A stretch of 63,824 nucleotides of DNA, filler included, from Lama guanicoe (GCA_013239625.1; 179 parts of 179 records of this genome joined end to end with filler, not necessarily neighbours in it); one strand, 5' to 3'. Shown: positions 11,775 through 24,625, counted from the whole stretch's first letter. Numbers and translations are program-made. Notes: generated by a model from the letters alone, not told the origin.

Positions 11775-11855
11775 TTTTGTTTTGTTGATGATTTCCTTTG
11801 CTGTGCAGAAACTTTTTAGTTTGATGTGATCCCACTAGCTTGCTTTTGCTTCTAG
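11775..11855 (-). mobile_element. L1 ORF2 short fragment
   Basis: TTTCCTTTGCTGTGCAGAAACTTTTTAGTTTGATGTGATCCCA is the antisense of KLKSFCTAKE. Confidence 0.85.
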
Positions 11856-12889
11856 TATTTTGTTTTTGAAAAAGCAGTTGGTGACTTGGGGAGCAGCTAC
11901 AGCATTTGGGCAAATGACCAAGATAGAAGAGAAGGCCAGAAAGAGAAGAGTCATGTCACAGGAAGGAAAGTGGTAAGGGGACAGAGAAGAGGCTGCAGTG
12001 TAATTTTCAGTTCCGTGTTCAGGCACAGATGNNNNNNNNNNNNNNNNNNNNNNNNNNNNNNNNNNNNNNNNNNNNTTAATTAATTAANNNNNNNNNNNNN
12101 NNNNNNNNNNNNNNNNNNNNNNNNNNNNNNNGGCTGCCGGATCCAGGGAGAGGCACAGAGGTTTCCAGCAGCAGTGGTGGCGGTCCCTAGGGAGTGCAGG
12201 GCTGTATGACAACCTGAAAGACAGAGGTCAACTGAAGCAGGAAATTAGGGTGAGAACATACAACGGCCACACTGAAGAGTCTCTGGTCTCCTTGACTAGG
12301 CGTCATCAGACTGTCGAAATTTCCTGGGTCATAGTTTCAGCAATATATTGATTCTGACTGCTTCTTCACAGTCAGTTCCCTTTCTCAGNNNNNNNNNNNN
12401 NNNNNNNNNNNNNNNNNNNNNNNNNNNNNNNNTTAATTAATTAANNNNNNNNNNNNNNNNNNNNNNNNNNNNNNNNNNNNNNNNNNNNGGCTAATTTTTT
12501 ATCTGAGGGGAACAATATGAATGCTGTAGACATTTACATATTTTTGCATCTCTAAACAATTAAAATACCAAGGTGGGACTTTTACTTTGGATCCAAACAA
12601 GGTAGCTGGTACCTTGCTAACTCTTATAATCAACTAGAAAACTGGGAAAAATATACAAAACAACTTTTTCCAGAAACTTAATAACAGTAACAGAGAGTAG
12701 AATGGTAGTTACCATGCCTGAAGGGTGAGAGGAAAGGGGAGATACNNNNNNNNNNNNNNNNNNNNNNNNNNNNNNNNNNNNNNNNNNNNTTAATTAATTA
12801 ANNNNNNNNNNNNNNNNNNNNNNNNNNNNNNNNNNNNNNNNNNNNCCGCTTTATTGCATTGTCCTCCCCGCTCCCAAGACAAGCCTGGC

Positions 12890-13060
12890 CATTCACGTAT
12901 TTATTAATTCACTTAATGGATACTTGGGTGAGTTCTGCGTACATGTCAAACCCTGCACAGAGTGCTGGGCAGGCAACAGGGAGCGAACTCCTGGTCTTTG
13001 TCCTCCTGGGGTTCCCAGTCCAGTGGAGGAGACAGGCGTTTATCAAATACTCTCACACAC
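12890..13060 (-). mobile_element. L2 3' end fragment
   Basis: ATTCACTTAATGGATACTTGGGTGAG...GTGCTGGG...GTCCTCCTGGGGTTCCCAGTCCAGTGGAGGAGACAG. Confidence 0.65.
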
Positions 13061-13916
13061 GTAGCTCTATGCCAGTGAGGTCTGGAAACATAGATACCAT
13101 TTNNNNNNNNNNNNNNNNNNNNNNNNNNNNNNNNNNNNNNNNNNNNTTAATTAATTAANNNNNNNNNNNNNNNNNNNNNNNNNNNNNNNNNNNNNNNNNN
13201 NNCGGTGTGGAGAAGGAGGTAGGAGCCTTAGGGACGGGGAGCAGTCGCAGGATAGGGAAGAGAGACGAGGAAGGGGGAAGCGATCTCTTTTTCTGCCCAT
13301 CTGTGCTGCCTGGGGCACCCACTGTGCTGGAGAGGAGATGGCTGAACATCACCCGTGTGGGACTCGGGCTCCCTGGAGCCGCCGACAGCAGGAACGGGAC
13401 ATGGCAGTTGAATGGGTTGATCTCTTTTTTTTTTTTTTTACTTTTTTTTTTTTTGTTTCNNNNNNNNNNNNNNNNNNNNNNNNNNNNNNNNNNNNNNNNN
13501 NNNTTAATTAATTAANNNNNNNNNNNNNNNNNNNNNNNNNNNNNNNNNNNNNNNNNNNNACCCAAATGTCTCGAGCCTCAATTACTTTAAAGCGACCATC
13601 CATCCCAACTTGACTCAGAAACTCCCAGTTTACACCTGTAGTTCCAGCATACTATTAATATTAATATTGTCACTCCCCCAAATGTCCCAATTTGGGTGAT
13701 AAATTACACGATACCATGTTGCTTGATTCAATGGGAAAAATGTCTGGTCTCGCAGGTTAACTGTGCAGATGACATGCAAGAATGTATCTAACTTGTCTCA
13801 CAGAGTTTCAGGCAGANNNNNNNNNNNNNNNNNNNNNNNNNNNNNNNNNNNNNNNNNNNNTTAATTAATTAANNNNNNNNNNNNNNNNNNNNNNNNNNNN
13901 NNNNNNNNNNNNNNNN

Positions 13917-14172
13917 AGAATCAATATTGTTAAAATGGTCACACTGCCCAAGGCAATCTACAAATATAATGCAATTCCTATCAAATTACCCAGGAAATTT
14001 TTCACAGAACTAGAACAAATCATAATAAAATTTCTATGGAATCACAAAAGACCCAGAACTGCTAAAGCATTACTGAAGAAAAACAATGAGGCTGGAGGAA
14101 TAACTCTCCCAGACTTCAGACAGTACTGCAGAGCTACAGTAATCAAAACAGCATGGTATTGGTACAAAAACA
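13917..14172 (+). mobile_element. Relatively young L1 ORF2 fragment, frame open throughout
   Basis: [34 protein letters not shown]...[26 protein letters not shown]. Confidence 0.97.
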
Positions 14173-14652
14173 NNNNNNNNNNNNNNNNNNNNNNNNNNNN
14201 NNNNNNNNNNNNNNNNTTAATTAATTAANNNNNNNNNNNNNNNNNNNNNNNNNNNNNNNNNNNNNNNNNNNNGCTCTGTGGAACCCCCGCTCCGCTCTTC
14301 TGCGCCCTGAGCTACGCCCTTTGAGCCTCTCCTGTACAGAGGGCCTCAAAGGGGCCACATGGTCCACTGGATTCTGGTTGGGTCCGGTCAGTGGAAGAAG
14401 ATCAGACAAGAGTGAAGAGAAAGGTCGGGCTTTGCGTCCCCTCCTTCCTTCCCCGATGGGCCACAGGTTCCCGATGGCCATGTTGCTCTGTCAGTGTCAC
14501 CAGGTCCTGTCAGTCAACATTCTCGTTGANNNNNNNNNNNNNNNNNNNNNNNNNNNNNNNNNNNNNNNNNNNNTTAATTAATTAANNNNNNNNNNNNNNN
14601 NNNNNNNNNNNNNNNNNNNNNNNNNNNNNCATGGGTAAAAGGATATTAAGTT

Positions 14653-14886
14653 TGTCACGTAAGGGGAAGGTAAGGACTCGTTTCCCGTGACCAAAATTGG
14701 ACCAAAACTGTCCATCGCACGTGGACAAAAAAAATTAATCAAGAGTCAATCTTAAGAAATGGATGGAAAATATTATTCGAACCAGCCTCACGATTTCAGC
14801 TGAGGAGGCAGTCTTTCCGAAAGCTCTGGGGCCTTTCCCACCTGTTAGAGGCCAGAGCACAATGATTCGACCTTTGGAGACAGAGG
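14653..14886 (-). mobile_element. Probable ERV LTR 3' part (antisense)
   Basis: TG start; TTATTCGAACCAG...TGAGGAGGCAGTCTTTCCGAAAGCTCTG resembles laurasiatherian ERV1 LTRs read antisense. Confidence 0.45.
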
Positions 14887-16057
14887 NNNNNNNNNNNNNN
14901 NNNNNNNNNNNNNNNNNNNNNNNNNNNNNNTTAATTAATTAANNNNNNNNNNNNNNNNNNNNNNNNNNNNNNNNNNNNNNNNNNNNAGAGGTGCCCAAAG
15001 AGCTCCTCCTAATTTGGAGGCAGCCCTGGCCACGTCCCCTGCTCCTTTCCCGCCTGCCTGGGCATCAGATCCCACTCCACTCTTGCTGCCGCTACAAATC
15101 CTCCCGCCGTCCCTCGGGGCCTTGAGGAAAAAGCCATGTCTGCTCCCACTTCACAGACAAACCCCAGGCCAACCTCAGCCAGAGTCCAGCTCCGAGCCCC
15201 TTGCATCTCAGCCTCTGAACTGCCTCTTAAAGGGACCCCTTCANNNNNNNNNNNNNNNNNNNNNNNNNNNNNNNNNNNNNNNNNNNNTTAATTAATTAAN
15301 NNNNNNNNNNNNNNNNNNNNNNNNNNNNNNNNNNNNNNNNNNNACAGCACTGGGTAGCTGTGACACTGATATGTCAGTGACATTTTCTGCCTTTCAGTCT
15401 CCAATCCATAGACTGGGGACAACAGCACCCGTCTCCTAGAACTGTCCTATGAATTTAGTTATTTTATATATAAAAGTTTAAATATAATACCTCAGAATTT
15501 AAATAATACCCCAAAAGAACAAGAAACAATGAAAACAGAGATAAATTGGAGTTCATCAATATTTAAAATTTTGCTTCAAAGGGCACCATCCAGAAAGTGA
15601 NNNNNNNNNNNNNNNNNNNNNNNNNNNNNNNNNNNNNNNNNNNNTTAATTAATTAANNNNNNNNNNNNNNNNNNNNNNNNNNNNNNNNNNNNNNNNNNNN
15701 CTGTGAATACTGTGCTGACTTGTGAGCATCCTTCAGAACCACAGACGAGGACATAAGTGAAATCATGGATCCTCAGCACTCCTGGGAAACACTTTCCTTA
15801 CGCAAGAATCTACTGCATCCATGCCATCTGAGAAGAAGGATCAGGCTAGATAATTACTTTCGATTTTTCTTTCCGAAAATTACCACCCCCTCCCTCAAAT
15901 TCCAAATCAGAGTCTGTCTTCTCTGAAATGTTCTCAGAAAATGTCCCTCAGTCATAANNNNNNNNNNNNNNNNNNNNNNNNNNNNNNNNNNNNNNNNNNN
16001 NTTAATTAATTAANNNNNNNNNNNNNNNNNNNNNNNNNNNNNNNNNNNNNNNNNNNN

Positions 16058-16119
16058 AACATTTTGCTGTCCACCAGAAATTGACACACTGTAAGTGACT
16101 ACACGTGAATTAAAAAAAA
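16058..16119 (+). mobile_element. L1 extreme 3' end with A tail
   Basis: GCTGTCCACCAGAAATTGACACACTGTAAGTGACTACAC...AAAAAAAA, the same end as seen in 20395-20578. Confidence 0.8.
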
Positions 16120-16169
16120 TTTTTTGACCATGCATTCTGCAGTTTTAAAAATCTTATCTCTAAGTCATC

Positions 16170-16314
16170 CTTCTTTTTTAATAAGGAGTTTTAGGTTCAT
16201 GGCAAATAGGAGCAGGAGACACAAGAGTTCCCCTATCTCATGTGCCCTCTGACCCCAACACACATGCACTCCACCCCCTGTGTCGACACCTCCCACCGAA
16301 GCGGCACATTTGTC
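16170..16314 (-). mobile_element. Old L1M 3' end
   Basis: GAGTTTTAGGTTCATGGCAAA...AGAGTTCCCCTAT...CCCACCGAAGCGGCACATTTGT. Confidence 0.7.
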
Positions 16315-17842
16315 NNNNNNNNNNNNNNNNNNNNNNNNNNNNNNNNNNNNNNNNNNNNTTAATTAATTAANNNNNNNNNNNNNNNNNNNNNNNNNNNNNN
16401 NNNNNNNNNNNNNNGAAGGCCACGAATATGAGGGAAGCCACTGTCGGGTCTGTTGAGAAGGGGTGGAAGTGGAAGCACACCGCTCCCGTCTGGTTTTGCT
16501 CTTCCATCGGCCCTGGTACCAGGAAGGAAGCCGTGGGCAGAGTGACCGTCCTGCATCCTTGAACCTGCCGCAGGTCCAGCTGTGTTAGAAACAGTCTGCA
16601 ATCGCTGAGTCCCTACCCTTAGTGCTTCCTTCGGAGTTGGGTTAGCATTATCTTTCCTCCCCCATGACTTANNNNNNNNNNNNNNNNNNNNNNNNNNNNN
16701 NNNNNNNNNNNNNNNTTAATTAATTAANNNNNNNNNNNNNNNNNNNNNNNNNNNNNNNNNNNNNNNNNNNNCAAGCCCTGTGGCCCCAGCCGAGGGCCTG
16801 ACAGAGCCCAGGGGCCGGCCCCCTGTGTCATCACTGAAGCCACAAAGTGGCCGACGCTAATTTGTGGCAGGAAAAAAATGATTTTTCATGGCTATTTGGA
16901 GACTGCTGAAAAACGAAGTGAATTTCGTTTCATCTCCCTTTTAACATGAATGGCGTTTAATGTTCTGAATTAAGCAGTTGGCGCCAGAGGCCGGGTTCCC
17001 ATTATGAAAAGCAAGAAATCCAGAAACANNNNNNNNNNNNNNNNNNNNNNNNNNNNNNNNNNNNNNNNNNNNTTAATTAATTAANNNNNNNNNNNNNNNN
17101 NNNNNNNNNNNNNNNNNNNNNNNNNNNNTTATATAAAATTAGGATTTCATCTGTTAAAATACTCTCACATTTATTCTACTTGAGGTGTTAATAAGTGCCT
17201 AAAGTATTTTGGAAAGGGGTGTGTGTGTGTGTGTAAAGATGAAATAATGATTATGGATAATAAAAAGTACTCTAAATTAAATAAACCAATTTTTGGTAAC
17301 AGAAAAATAAACTTAATTAGTTGTGCAACATTTCTCATAATCATTATGAGATACATTCACTTGAGAGATACAACACAGGATTTGTNNNNNNNNNNNNNNN
17401 NNNNNNNNNNNNNNNNNNNNNNNNNNNNNTTAATTAATTAANNNNNNNNNNNNNNNNNNNNNNNNNNNNNNNNNNNNNNNNNNNNTTTTTGTAACATGCA
17501 CTTGATTGACTACCTAATTTTACCTTTTCCTAAATTTTGTAGAGAAATGTCAATTTTTAGCTTTCATTATAACACGCAGTAATTTTGATGTGACTAATCA
17601 GAAGAGGCAATATGGAGCAAAATAAAGTTGGTTGATATATCCAGAGATGACTATTTTTAAATACTGGGTCTTGAGCCAATGCCAAGTAACATGTTAGCTG
17701 CATGAACTAATAGAAAATAGTAAGATGAATTAGAGAGTACAANNNNNNNNNNNNNNNNNNNNNNNNNNNNNNNNNNNNNNNNNNNNTTAATTAATTAANN
17801 NNNNNNNNNNNNNNNNNNNNNNNNNNNNNNNNNNNNNNNNNN

Positions 17843-18099
17843 TCAAATTAGCAATGGCATTTTTCACAGAACTAGAACATTTAAAAAAAAATTTGTATGG
17901 AAACACAAAAGACCTCGAATAGCAAAAACAACCTTCAGAAAGAATGGAGCTGGAGGAATCATGTGCTCCAACTTCAGACTATACTAAAAAGCTACAGTAA
18001 TCAAAATAGCATGGTACTGGCACAAAAATAAACACATAGAAAAACAGAACGGGGTAGACAGCCTAGAAATAACCCCACACACTTATGGCTAACTAATCT
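17843..18099 (+). mobile_element. L1 ORF2 fragment (degenerate)
   Basis: FFTELE...WKHKRPRIAK...[19 protein letters not shown]. Confidence 0.95.
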
Positions 18100-19984
18100 N
18101 NNNNNNNNNNNNNNNNNNNNNNNNNNNNNNNNNNNNNNNNNNNTTAATTAATTAANNNNNNNNNNNNNNNNNNNNNNNNNNNNNNNNNNNNNNNNNNNNA
18201 GAATAAGAGGAGTGTCAGGTTCCCATAGGTCACGGAAGCGTTGGGTTCGGAGCCAGGAGCTGGGCAGAATTATCTGGATTCTGTGCGAACAACGGTGTCA
18301 CTTTGGAAATGGCTGCACCACCCCTGGCCTTAGCGACTTCCCTGTGAGGGATGGGGCGGGGTGGCAGTGTTCGAGCCTTTCTGCTTCCCTCCCATGCCCC
18401 ATGACTGGGGAGAATGCCCCCATTTTCAAGACGGGGAAGTAGACGAGGAACATCAGNNNNNNNNNNNNNNNNNNNNNNNNNNNNNNNNNNNNNNNNNNNN
18501 TTAATTAATTAANNNNNNNNNNNNNNNNNNNNNNNNNNNNNNNNNNNNNNNNNNNNGTTTTCTTTTTTCTCAGGTTTAAGATGAGAAGGTGACAGATAAT
18601 TCCACATTGTGAAAAAGGTGGAAAACAATTCCCTGTCTTATGTTATTCAAACTCCTTAATGAAAGGCTATGAGATCAAGAAGGATTTGAAAAACTGAAGT
18701 CCTGTGAGGGAAAGATTTGCCTGCTTTTCTCCTTGAACATTCTCTCTTTGATCTGCAGACATTCCACACTCAAGGACGGCAGGAAAGTTACATCTCTCCC
18801 TTGTCCACCTTCANNNNNNNNNNNNNNNNNNNNNNNNNNNNNNNNNNNNNNNNNNNNTTAATTAATTAANNNNNNNNNNNNNNNNNNNNNNNNNNNNNNN
18901 NNNNNNNNNNNNNCACTTTGTTTTTCTGTCCTGGAAAAGAGAACATTTACTGTGAGTTCTCTTAGAATCAACACACTAAATCCTATCTTTAATATTGAGT
19001 ATATTCTGAGGTTTTCATGTGGGATACATTTGAAAGAATTAAATGTACCTTATAATCTCTCTGGGGAAAGGCTCCTCCTCAGACTTCCAGGAAAGACCTA
19101 ATCTTTACCCAGAAATGGCCGTGGAAAATGAAAAGATTCTAGAGAGGCTCTGAAAGGGTTAGTATCTTCTNNNNNNNNNNNNNNNNNNNNNNNNNNNNNN
19201 NNNNNNNNNNNNNNTTAATTAATTAANNNNNNNNNNNNNNNNNNNNNNNNNNNNNNNNNNNNNNNNNNNNACAAGCTGGTGGGGATTCCTGCTATAATAA
19301 TCCAAATATAGAAAGGAAACGTGACCTATTTTTTGGTCACAGGCTGTGACAGGCACCTAATGCAACACTTCTCATAAAGTAGATACTTAACAAATTGTAG
19401 TAATAATAATTAAATAGCTCACATTTATCAAGCCCTTATAGTGAGTCAGGTGTTTTCTAAGTATTTCACATATATCAATTCATTTAATTGTCCCCCAAAT
19501 CCAATGAAGTCAGTATTAATACTAGCCNNNNNNNNNNNNNNNNNNNNNNNNNNNNNNNNNNNNNNNNNNNNTTAATTAATTAANNNNNNNNNNNNNNNNN
19601 NNNNNNNNNNNNNNNNNNNNNNNNNNNCCCAGTCCGCAGATGCTCACCCTGACCGTAGGGGTGGCGGGTAAGGGTCGGGGGAGCTGCTTTTGATTTGACG
19701 ACGACAGACTAGGCGTAAGGTTTCGGGCAGCTCTTTAAGCTTCAGTTTCTTTATCTGTAAAACTGGATATCCATGCCTGGCCTGTGTTTCTCAGGGCCTG
19801 GTTGTCGGATGAAATTGGACCATATTTCATACCATGTATGATCAGGGACATTGAGATCCCAAATGATCTCATGGTCACGATCATNNNNNNNNNNNNNNNN
19901 NNNNNNNNNNNNNNNNNNNNNNNNNNNNTTAATTAATTAANNNNNNNNNNNNNNNNNNNNNNNNNNNNNNNNNNNNNNNNNNNN

Positions 19985-20241
19985 CCTACAATATGCTGCC
20001 TATGAGAGACACACATTAAAGTGAAGATCAGAGATAGATTTAAAGTGAGATGATGGAGAAATATATTTCATGCAAATGGAAATGTCAAAAAAGTGGGAAT
20101 ACCAATACTCATATCAGAGAAAATAGACTTGAAAACAAAGGCCATAAATAAAGATACAGAAAGACACTATAGAATGATCAAAGAAGCAATACAAGAACAA
20201 ACAAAACCTGAAGTCAGCAGAAGGAAAGAAATAATAAAGAT
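19985..20241 (+). mobile_element. L1 ORF2 endonuclease fragment joined to a downstream ORF2 segment (internal deletion)
   Basis: PTICCL*ETH...IFHANG...ILISEKID...HYRMIKEAIQ is followed directly by EQTKPEVSRRKEIIK. Confidence 0.9.
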
Positions 20242-20394
20242 NNNNNNNNNNNNNNNNNNNNNNNNNNNNNNNNNNNNNNNNNNNNTTAATTAATTAANNN
20301 NNNNNNNNNNNNNNNNNNNNNNNNNNNNNNNNNNNNNNNNNTAGTAGAATGTGCTGGTTGGGGCAGTCTGTTTGCTTTGATTACAAGCTAGGGG

Positions 20395-20578
20395 TTATAA
20401 ATAGGTAAAAAAACAAATTTCTTCAGTACAGCGCAAGGAACTATATTCAATATCTTGTAATCAGCTTTAATGAAAAAGAATGTGAAAATGAATATATGCA
20501 TGTATGTTCATGACTAGGACATGACACTGGACACCAGAGATTGATACATTGTAACTGACTGTACTTCATTTAAAAAAA
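20395..20578 (+). mobile_element. L1 3' UTR end with A tail (camelid/cetartiodactyl type)
   Basis: AACAAATTTCTTCAGTACAGCGCAAGGAACTATATTCAATATCTTGTA...CACCAGAGATTGATACATTGTAACTGACT. Confidence 0.88.
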
Positions 20579-20698
20579 CTTTTTCTAATCGAAAAAAANN
20601 NNNNNNNNNNNNNNNNNNNNNNNNNNNNNNNNNNNNNNNNNNTTAATTAATTAANNNNNNNNNNNNNNNNNNNNNNNNNNNNNNNNNNNNNNNNNNNN

Positions 20699-20860
20699 TC
20701 ACTGTGCAACCTTGGGTAAGTTGCTTAGCCTCCCTAGGCTTCAGTTGTCTTACCCACAGAATAAGGGTAATTGTAGAACCAGCTTCATGTGGTTAATGTG
20801 AGTGTTCTACGAGTTGATACAAGTGCACTGAACAGCACCTGGATCAGAGACAACACCGTG
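20699..20860 (+). mobile_element. MIR SINE
   Basis: CTGTGCAACCTTGGGTAAGTTGCTTAGCCTCCCTAGGCTTCAGTT core. Confidence 0.75.
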
Positions 20861-21055
20861 CAGTGTATCAAGTGTCTGAAAGCCGCTGGCTTACTGCCTC
20901 GACATTTAGTGTGAGATTCAGTTGCACTCCTCACCCTTGAATTTATTGAATTTTTNNNNNNNNNNNNNNNNNNNNNNNNNNNNNNNNNNNNNNNNNNNNT
21001 TAATTAATTAANNNNNNNNNNNNNNNNNNNNNNNNNNNNNNNNNNNNNNNNNNNN

Positions 21056-21312
21056 ATGGAAAGATATACCATGTTCTTGGATTGGAAGAATCAACATTGT
21101 TAAAATGATCATACTACCCAAGGCAATACACAGATTTAATGCCATCTTTATCAAATTACCAATGACATTTTTCAAAAAACTGAAATAAAAAATTTTTAAT
21201 TCATATGGAAACACAAAAAGACCCTGAATCGCCAAAGCAATCTTGAAAGAGAAGAACAGAGCTAAGGGAATCATGCTCCCTGACTTCAGACTATACTACA
21301 AAGCTACAGTAA
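21056..21312 (+). mobile_element. L1 ORF2 fragment
   Basis: [39 protein letters not shown]. Confidence 0.96.
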
Positions 21313-21412
21313 NNNNNNNNNNNNNNNNNNNNNNNNNNNNNNNNNNNNNNNNNNNNTTAATTAATTAANNNNNNNNNNNNNNNNNNNNNNNNNNNNNNNN
21401 NNNNNNNNNNNN

Positions 21413-21655
21413 AGGTATTCTGCTGGGCTCCCCTGCCTGCCCCATGGCCAGGAAATACATTTAAGTCAGTAAGCTGGGACAAACAAGGGCTGTCATTTTT
21501 CGTTTTGTTTCTCAGGAATCACTTTTGATTACTGGCTGATGTCTAGTGCCCTAAAAATAATTGTTTTATATATTTTGTGTTTTACTTATTAATTTATTTA
21601 GGTTGTCCAAGGCAAGAGGATAAATATGGTCCCTTTTAATCCACCTTGTTTGGAA
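21413..21655 (-). mobile_element. Ancient L1M 5'-region fragment
   Basis: CAGTAAGCTGGGAC...TCTCAGGAATCAC...AAAATAATTGTTTTATATATTTTG...GGTCCCTTTTAATCCACCTTG. Confidence 0.55.
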
Positions 21656-22840
21656 ACATTACTCAGCATNNNNNNNNNNNNNNNNNNNNNNNNNNNNNNN
21701 NNNNNNNNNNNNNTTAATTAATTAANNNNNNNNNNNNNNNNNNNNNNNNNNNNNNNNNNNNNNNNNNNNCCCTATTCATTTCCTCTGTATTTATCTGGGT
21801 ATCTCCATATCTATACTTTCTCCTGAGCCATTTGAAATTAAATTATACACGTAGTACTTTCACCAAAATACTTTAGCATAGTCCTCAATCTAGCCTCAAT
21901 TTTTCTCTCATATCCGACCTTTAAGGTAAGAGAGTGGGTGAAAAATGGGCCAACATAATCAAACACTGGACATTCGTAAAGAGAGTAGCAGGCGTGCTGC
22001 TGGTTTTCCAAGGCACTGAAAATAAGNNNNNNNNNNNNNNNNNNNNNNNNNNNNNNNNNNNNNNNNNNNNTTAATTAATTAANNNNNNNNNNNNNNNNNN
22101 NNNNNNNNNNNNNNNNNNNNNNNNNNTCTAACTTCAAGGAGTATTATCTCAATATTTTGATATAATTTTGATTTTTTTCCTGCTTTCTTCACTTGCAGTC
22201 AAATATTCATAACCATACTGATGCCAAACAGGCACAAAGCAGATGTGCATCTCACCTGCTTTTATGCACAGAGGGGAGAACAGCTGACTAGAGGGACCCC
22301 CAAGTTTGGCGAGTTCACCTCGGTCAAATCACTGTCCATGACTCAACTTGAGAGATTCAGAAATTCAGACACACACAACTGACNNNNNNNNNNNNNNNNN
22401 NNNNNNNNNNNNNNNNNNNNNNNNNNNTTAATTAATTAANNNNNNNNNNNNNNNNNNNNNNNNNNNNNNNNNNNNNNNNNNNNTCCGAGCAGCCCGTTCG
22501 TGCCGTTCCCAGCGATGCCGATAACTTCTAAGTAACGGGCAGCTCTCGCCAGTTTGTGCTCATCTGCAAACTGAAAATCACGTCCTGTGCATCAACTTGT
22601 TCACATCCTGTCTTCCCATCCAGCGAGCTCTCAATCGCAGTGCGGTTCTGCCCCCATTTCAGATAAGCTCGCTGCGTTTCACCTGGCACTCTGTTCTGAA
22701 AGATACTTACCAGGGATTTTTCTATTCTCAATTCTCTTTTNNNNNNNNNNNNNNNNNNNNNNNNNNNNNNNNNNNNNNNNNNNNTTAATTAATTAANNNN
22801 NNNNNNNNNNNNNNNNNNNNNNNNNNNNNNNNNNNNNNNN

Positions 22841-23097
22841 AAATGGTATAAAAATGCTTAGAAATAAACTTAAGCAAGGAGGTGAAAACAATACTCTGAA
22901 AACTATAAGGCATTTATGAAGGAAACTGAAGATAATATGAAGAATCGGAAAGATAAGCTGTGCTCTTTGCTTGGAACAATTAATAATTTTTAAATGGCTA
23001 TACTACCTAAAGTAATCTATGGATTCAATGCAATTTCTATCAAAATATCCATGACAATTTTCACAGAACTAATCCAATAATCCTAAAATTCATGTGG
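22841..23097 (+). mobile_element. L1 ORF2 (RT C-terminal) fragment, degenerate
   Basis: LEINLSKEVK...ENYKAFMKETED...MAILPKVIYGFNAISIKI. Confidence 0.93.
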
Positions 23098-23911
23098 NNN
23101 NNNNNNNNNNNNNNNNNNNNNNNNNNNNNNNNNNNNNNNNNTTAATTAATTAANNNNNNNNNNNNNNNNNNNNNNNNNNNNNNNNNNNNNNNNNNNNGGT
23201 GTAGCTGATGGGTAGATGGGTGGCATGCTTCGGATGCAGGAGTTCCAGGGTCCCATCGCCAGGACCTCCTTTAAAAAGAAGAAGCCAAATGGCGATCTAA
23301 AATACCTCAAGGCTGTAGGTCCACATACCACATGAAGCACTCCCGTTTTGTTTTCCTTCTGTCCACTGTCTCCACACATACCCCCAACAAAAGCAGGCCT
23401 TCCCTCAAGAAAATGCCTAAGTCCTCTGAAATGCTCTTGGGCCACGTTAGTTTANNNNNNNNNNNNNNNNNNNNNNNNNNNNNNNNNNNNNNNNNNNNTT
23501 AATTAATTAANNNNNNNNNNNNNNNNNNNNNNNNNNNNNNNNNNNNNNNNNNNNACAACATCAGGAACTATGAGTGAGGAAGATCAGGAAGAAAAAGTAA
23601 AGGCTAGAAATGAGAAAAAAAGAAATCTGATAAAGAGAAAATGGTCCTAGGTGTATGCAAACACTTTAAATCTATCATCTAATAGGAAAATATAATTCAG
23701 CAAATCTATAATACACACCTTGACATAATTATCCTTGGAGCTGGTGATGATTAGATCGTGTTCATTGGAAATCTGATCTACAGTAAGACACATAACAGGG
23801 CCTAGGTGTCCNNNNNNNNNNNNNNNNNNNNNNNNNNNNNNNNNNNNNNNNNNNNTTAATTAATTAANNNNNNNNNNNNNNNNNNNNNNNNNNNNNNNNN
23901 NNNNNNNNNNN

Positions 23912-24168
23912 AAAAAACAAGTTAAAAAAATGCCCAAACCAAAATATAACAAGACCAAACCCTGGGGAGTGGTGGAAGAATCTGATTTCCAGAATTACCA
24001 CAAAATCTGTCTCTGAAAATACTTCATGACAGGTATATTGGACAAAGACTTTAAAACAATGGTCCTAAAGATGCTGGAAAAAAGTAAAGGAAGACATGGA
24101 AACAGTTAATAAAATGGTGACTGAACAAAATGGAAATACCAATAAAGACATAGAAAACCTAAAAAGAA
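23912..24168 (+). mobile_element. Old L1M 5'/ORF1 region
   Basis: GAATCTGATTTCCAGAATTACCAC...GACAAAGACTTTAAAACAATGGTCCTAAAGATGCT. Confidence 0.7.
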
Positions 24169-24625
24169 NNNNNNNNNNNNNNNNNNNNNNNNNNNNNNNN
24201 NNNNNNNNNNNNTTAATTAATTAANNNNNNNNNNNNNNNNNNNNNNNNNNNNNNNNNNNNNNNNNNNNCTCCAAACTGTCAAACATCACAAAGGGCTCTT
24301 TCCTCTTAGAAAGAGCTAGAGAGACAGGGTAGGGAGCGAGTGAGGGGGAAATAAGAAATACAGTTAATAACAAACAGAGTTTTTCTTTTAAGCTTATTAC
24401 ACTATGTAGCTCCTATATTTCAGGACCTTGAACACACTAAGCTCTCTCCCACTTCAGCGAAGGCTGATCCCTTACTGTGAAATGCTTTCCCTTATAATCT
24501 GTGGCTGGTTAACTTCTACTCATTANNNNNNNNNNNNNNNNNNNNNNNNNNNNNNNNNNNNNNNNNNNNTTAATTAATTAANNNNNNNNNNNNNNNNNNN
24601 NNNNNNNNNNNNNNNNNNNNNNNNN

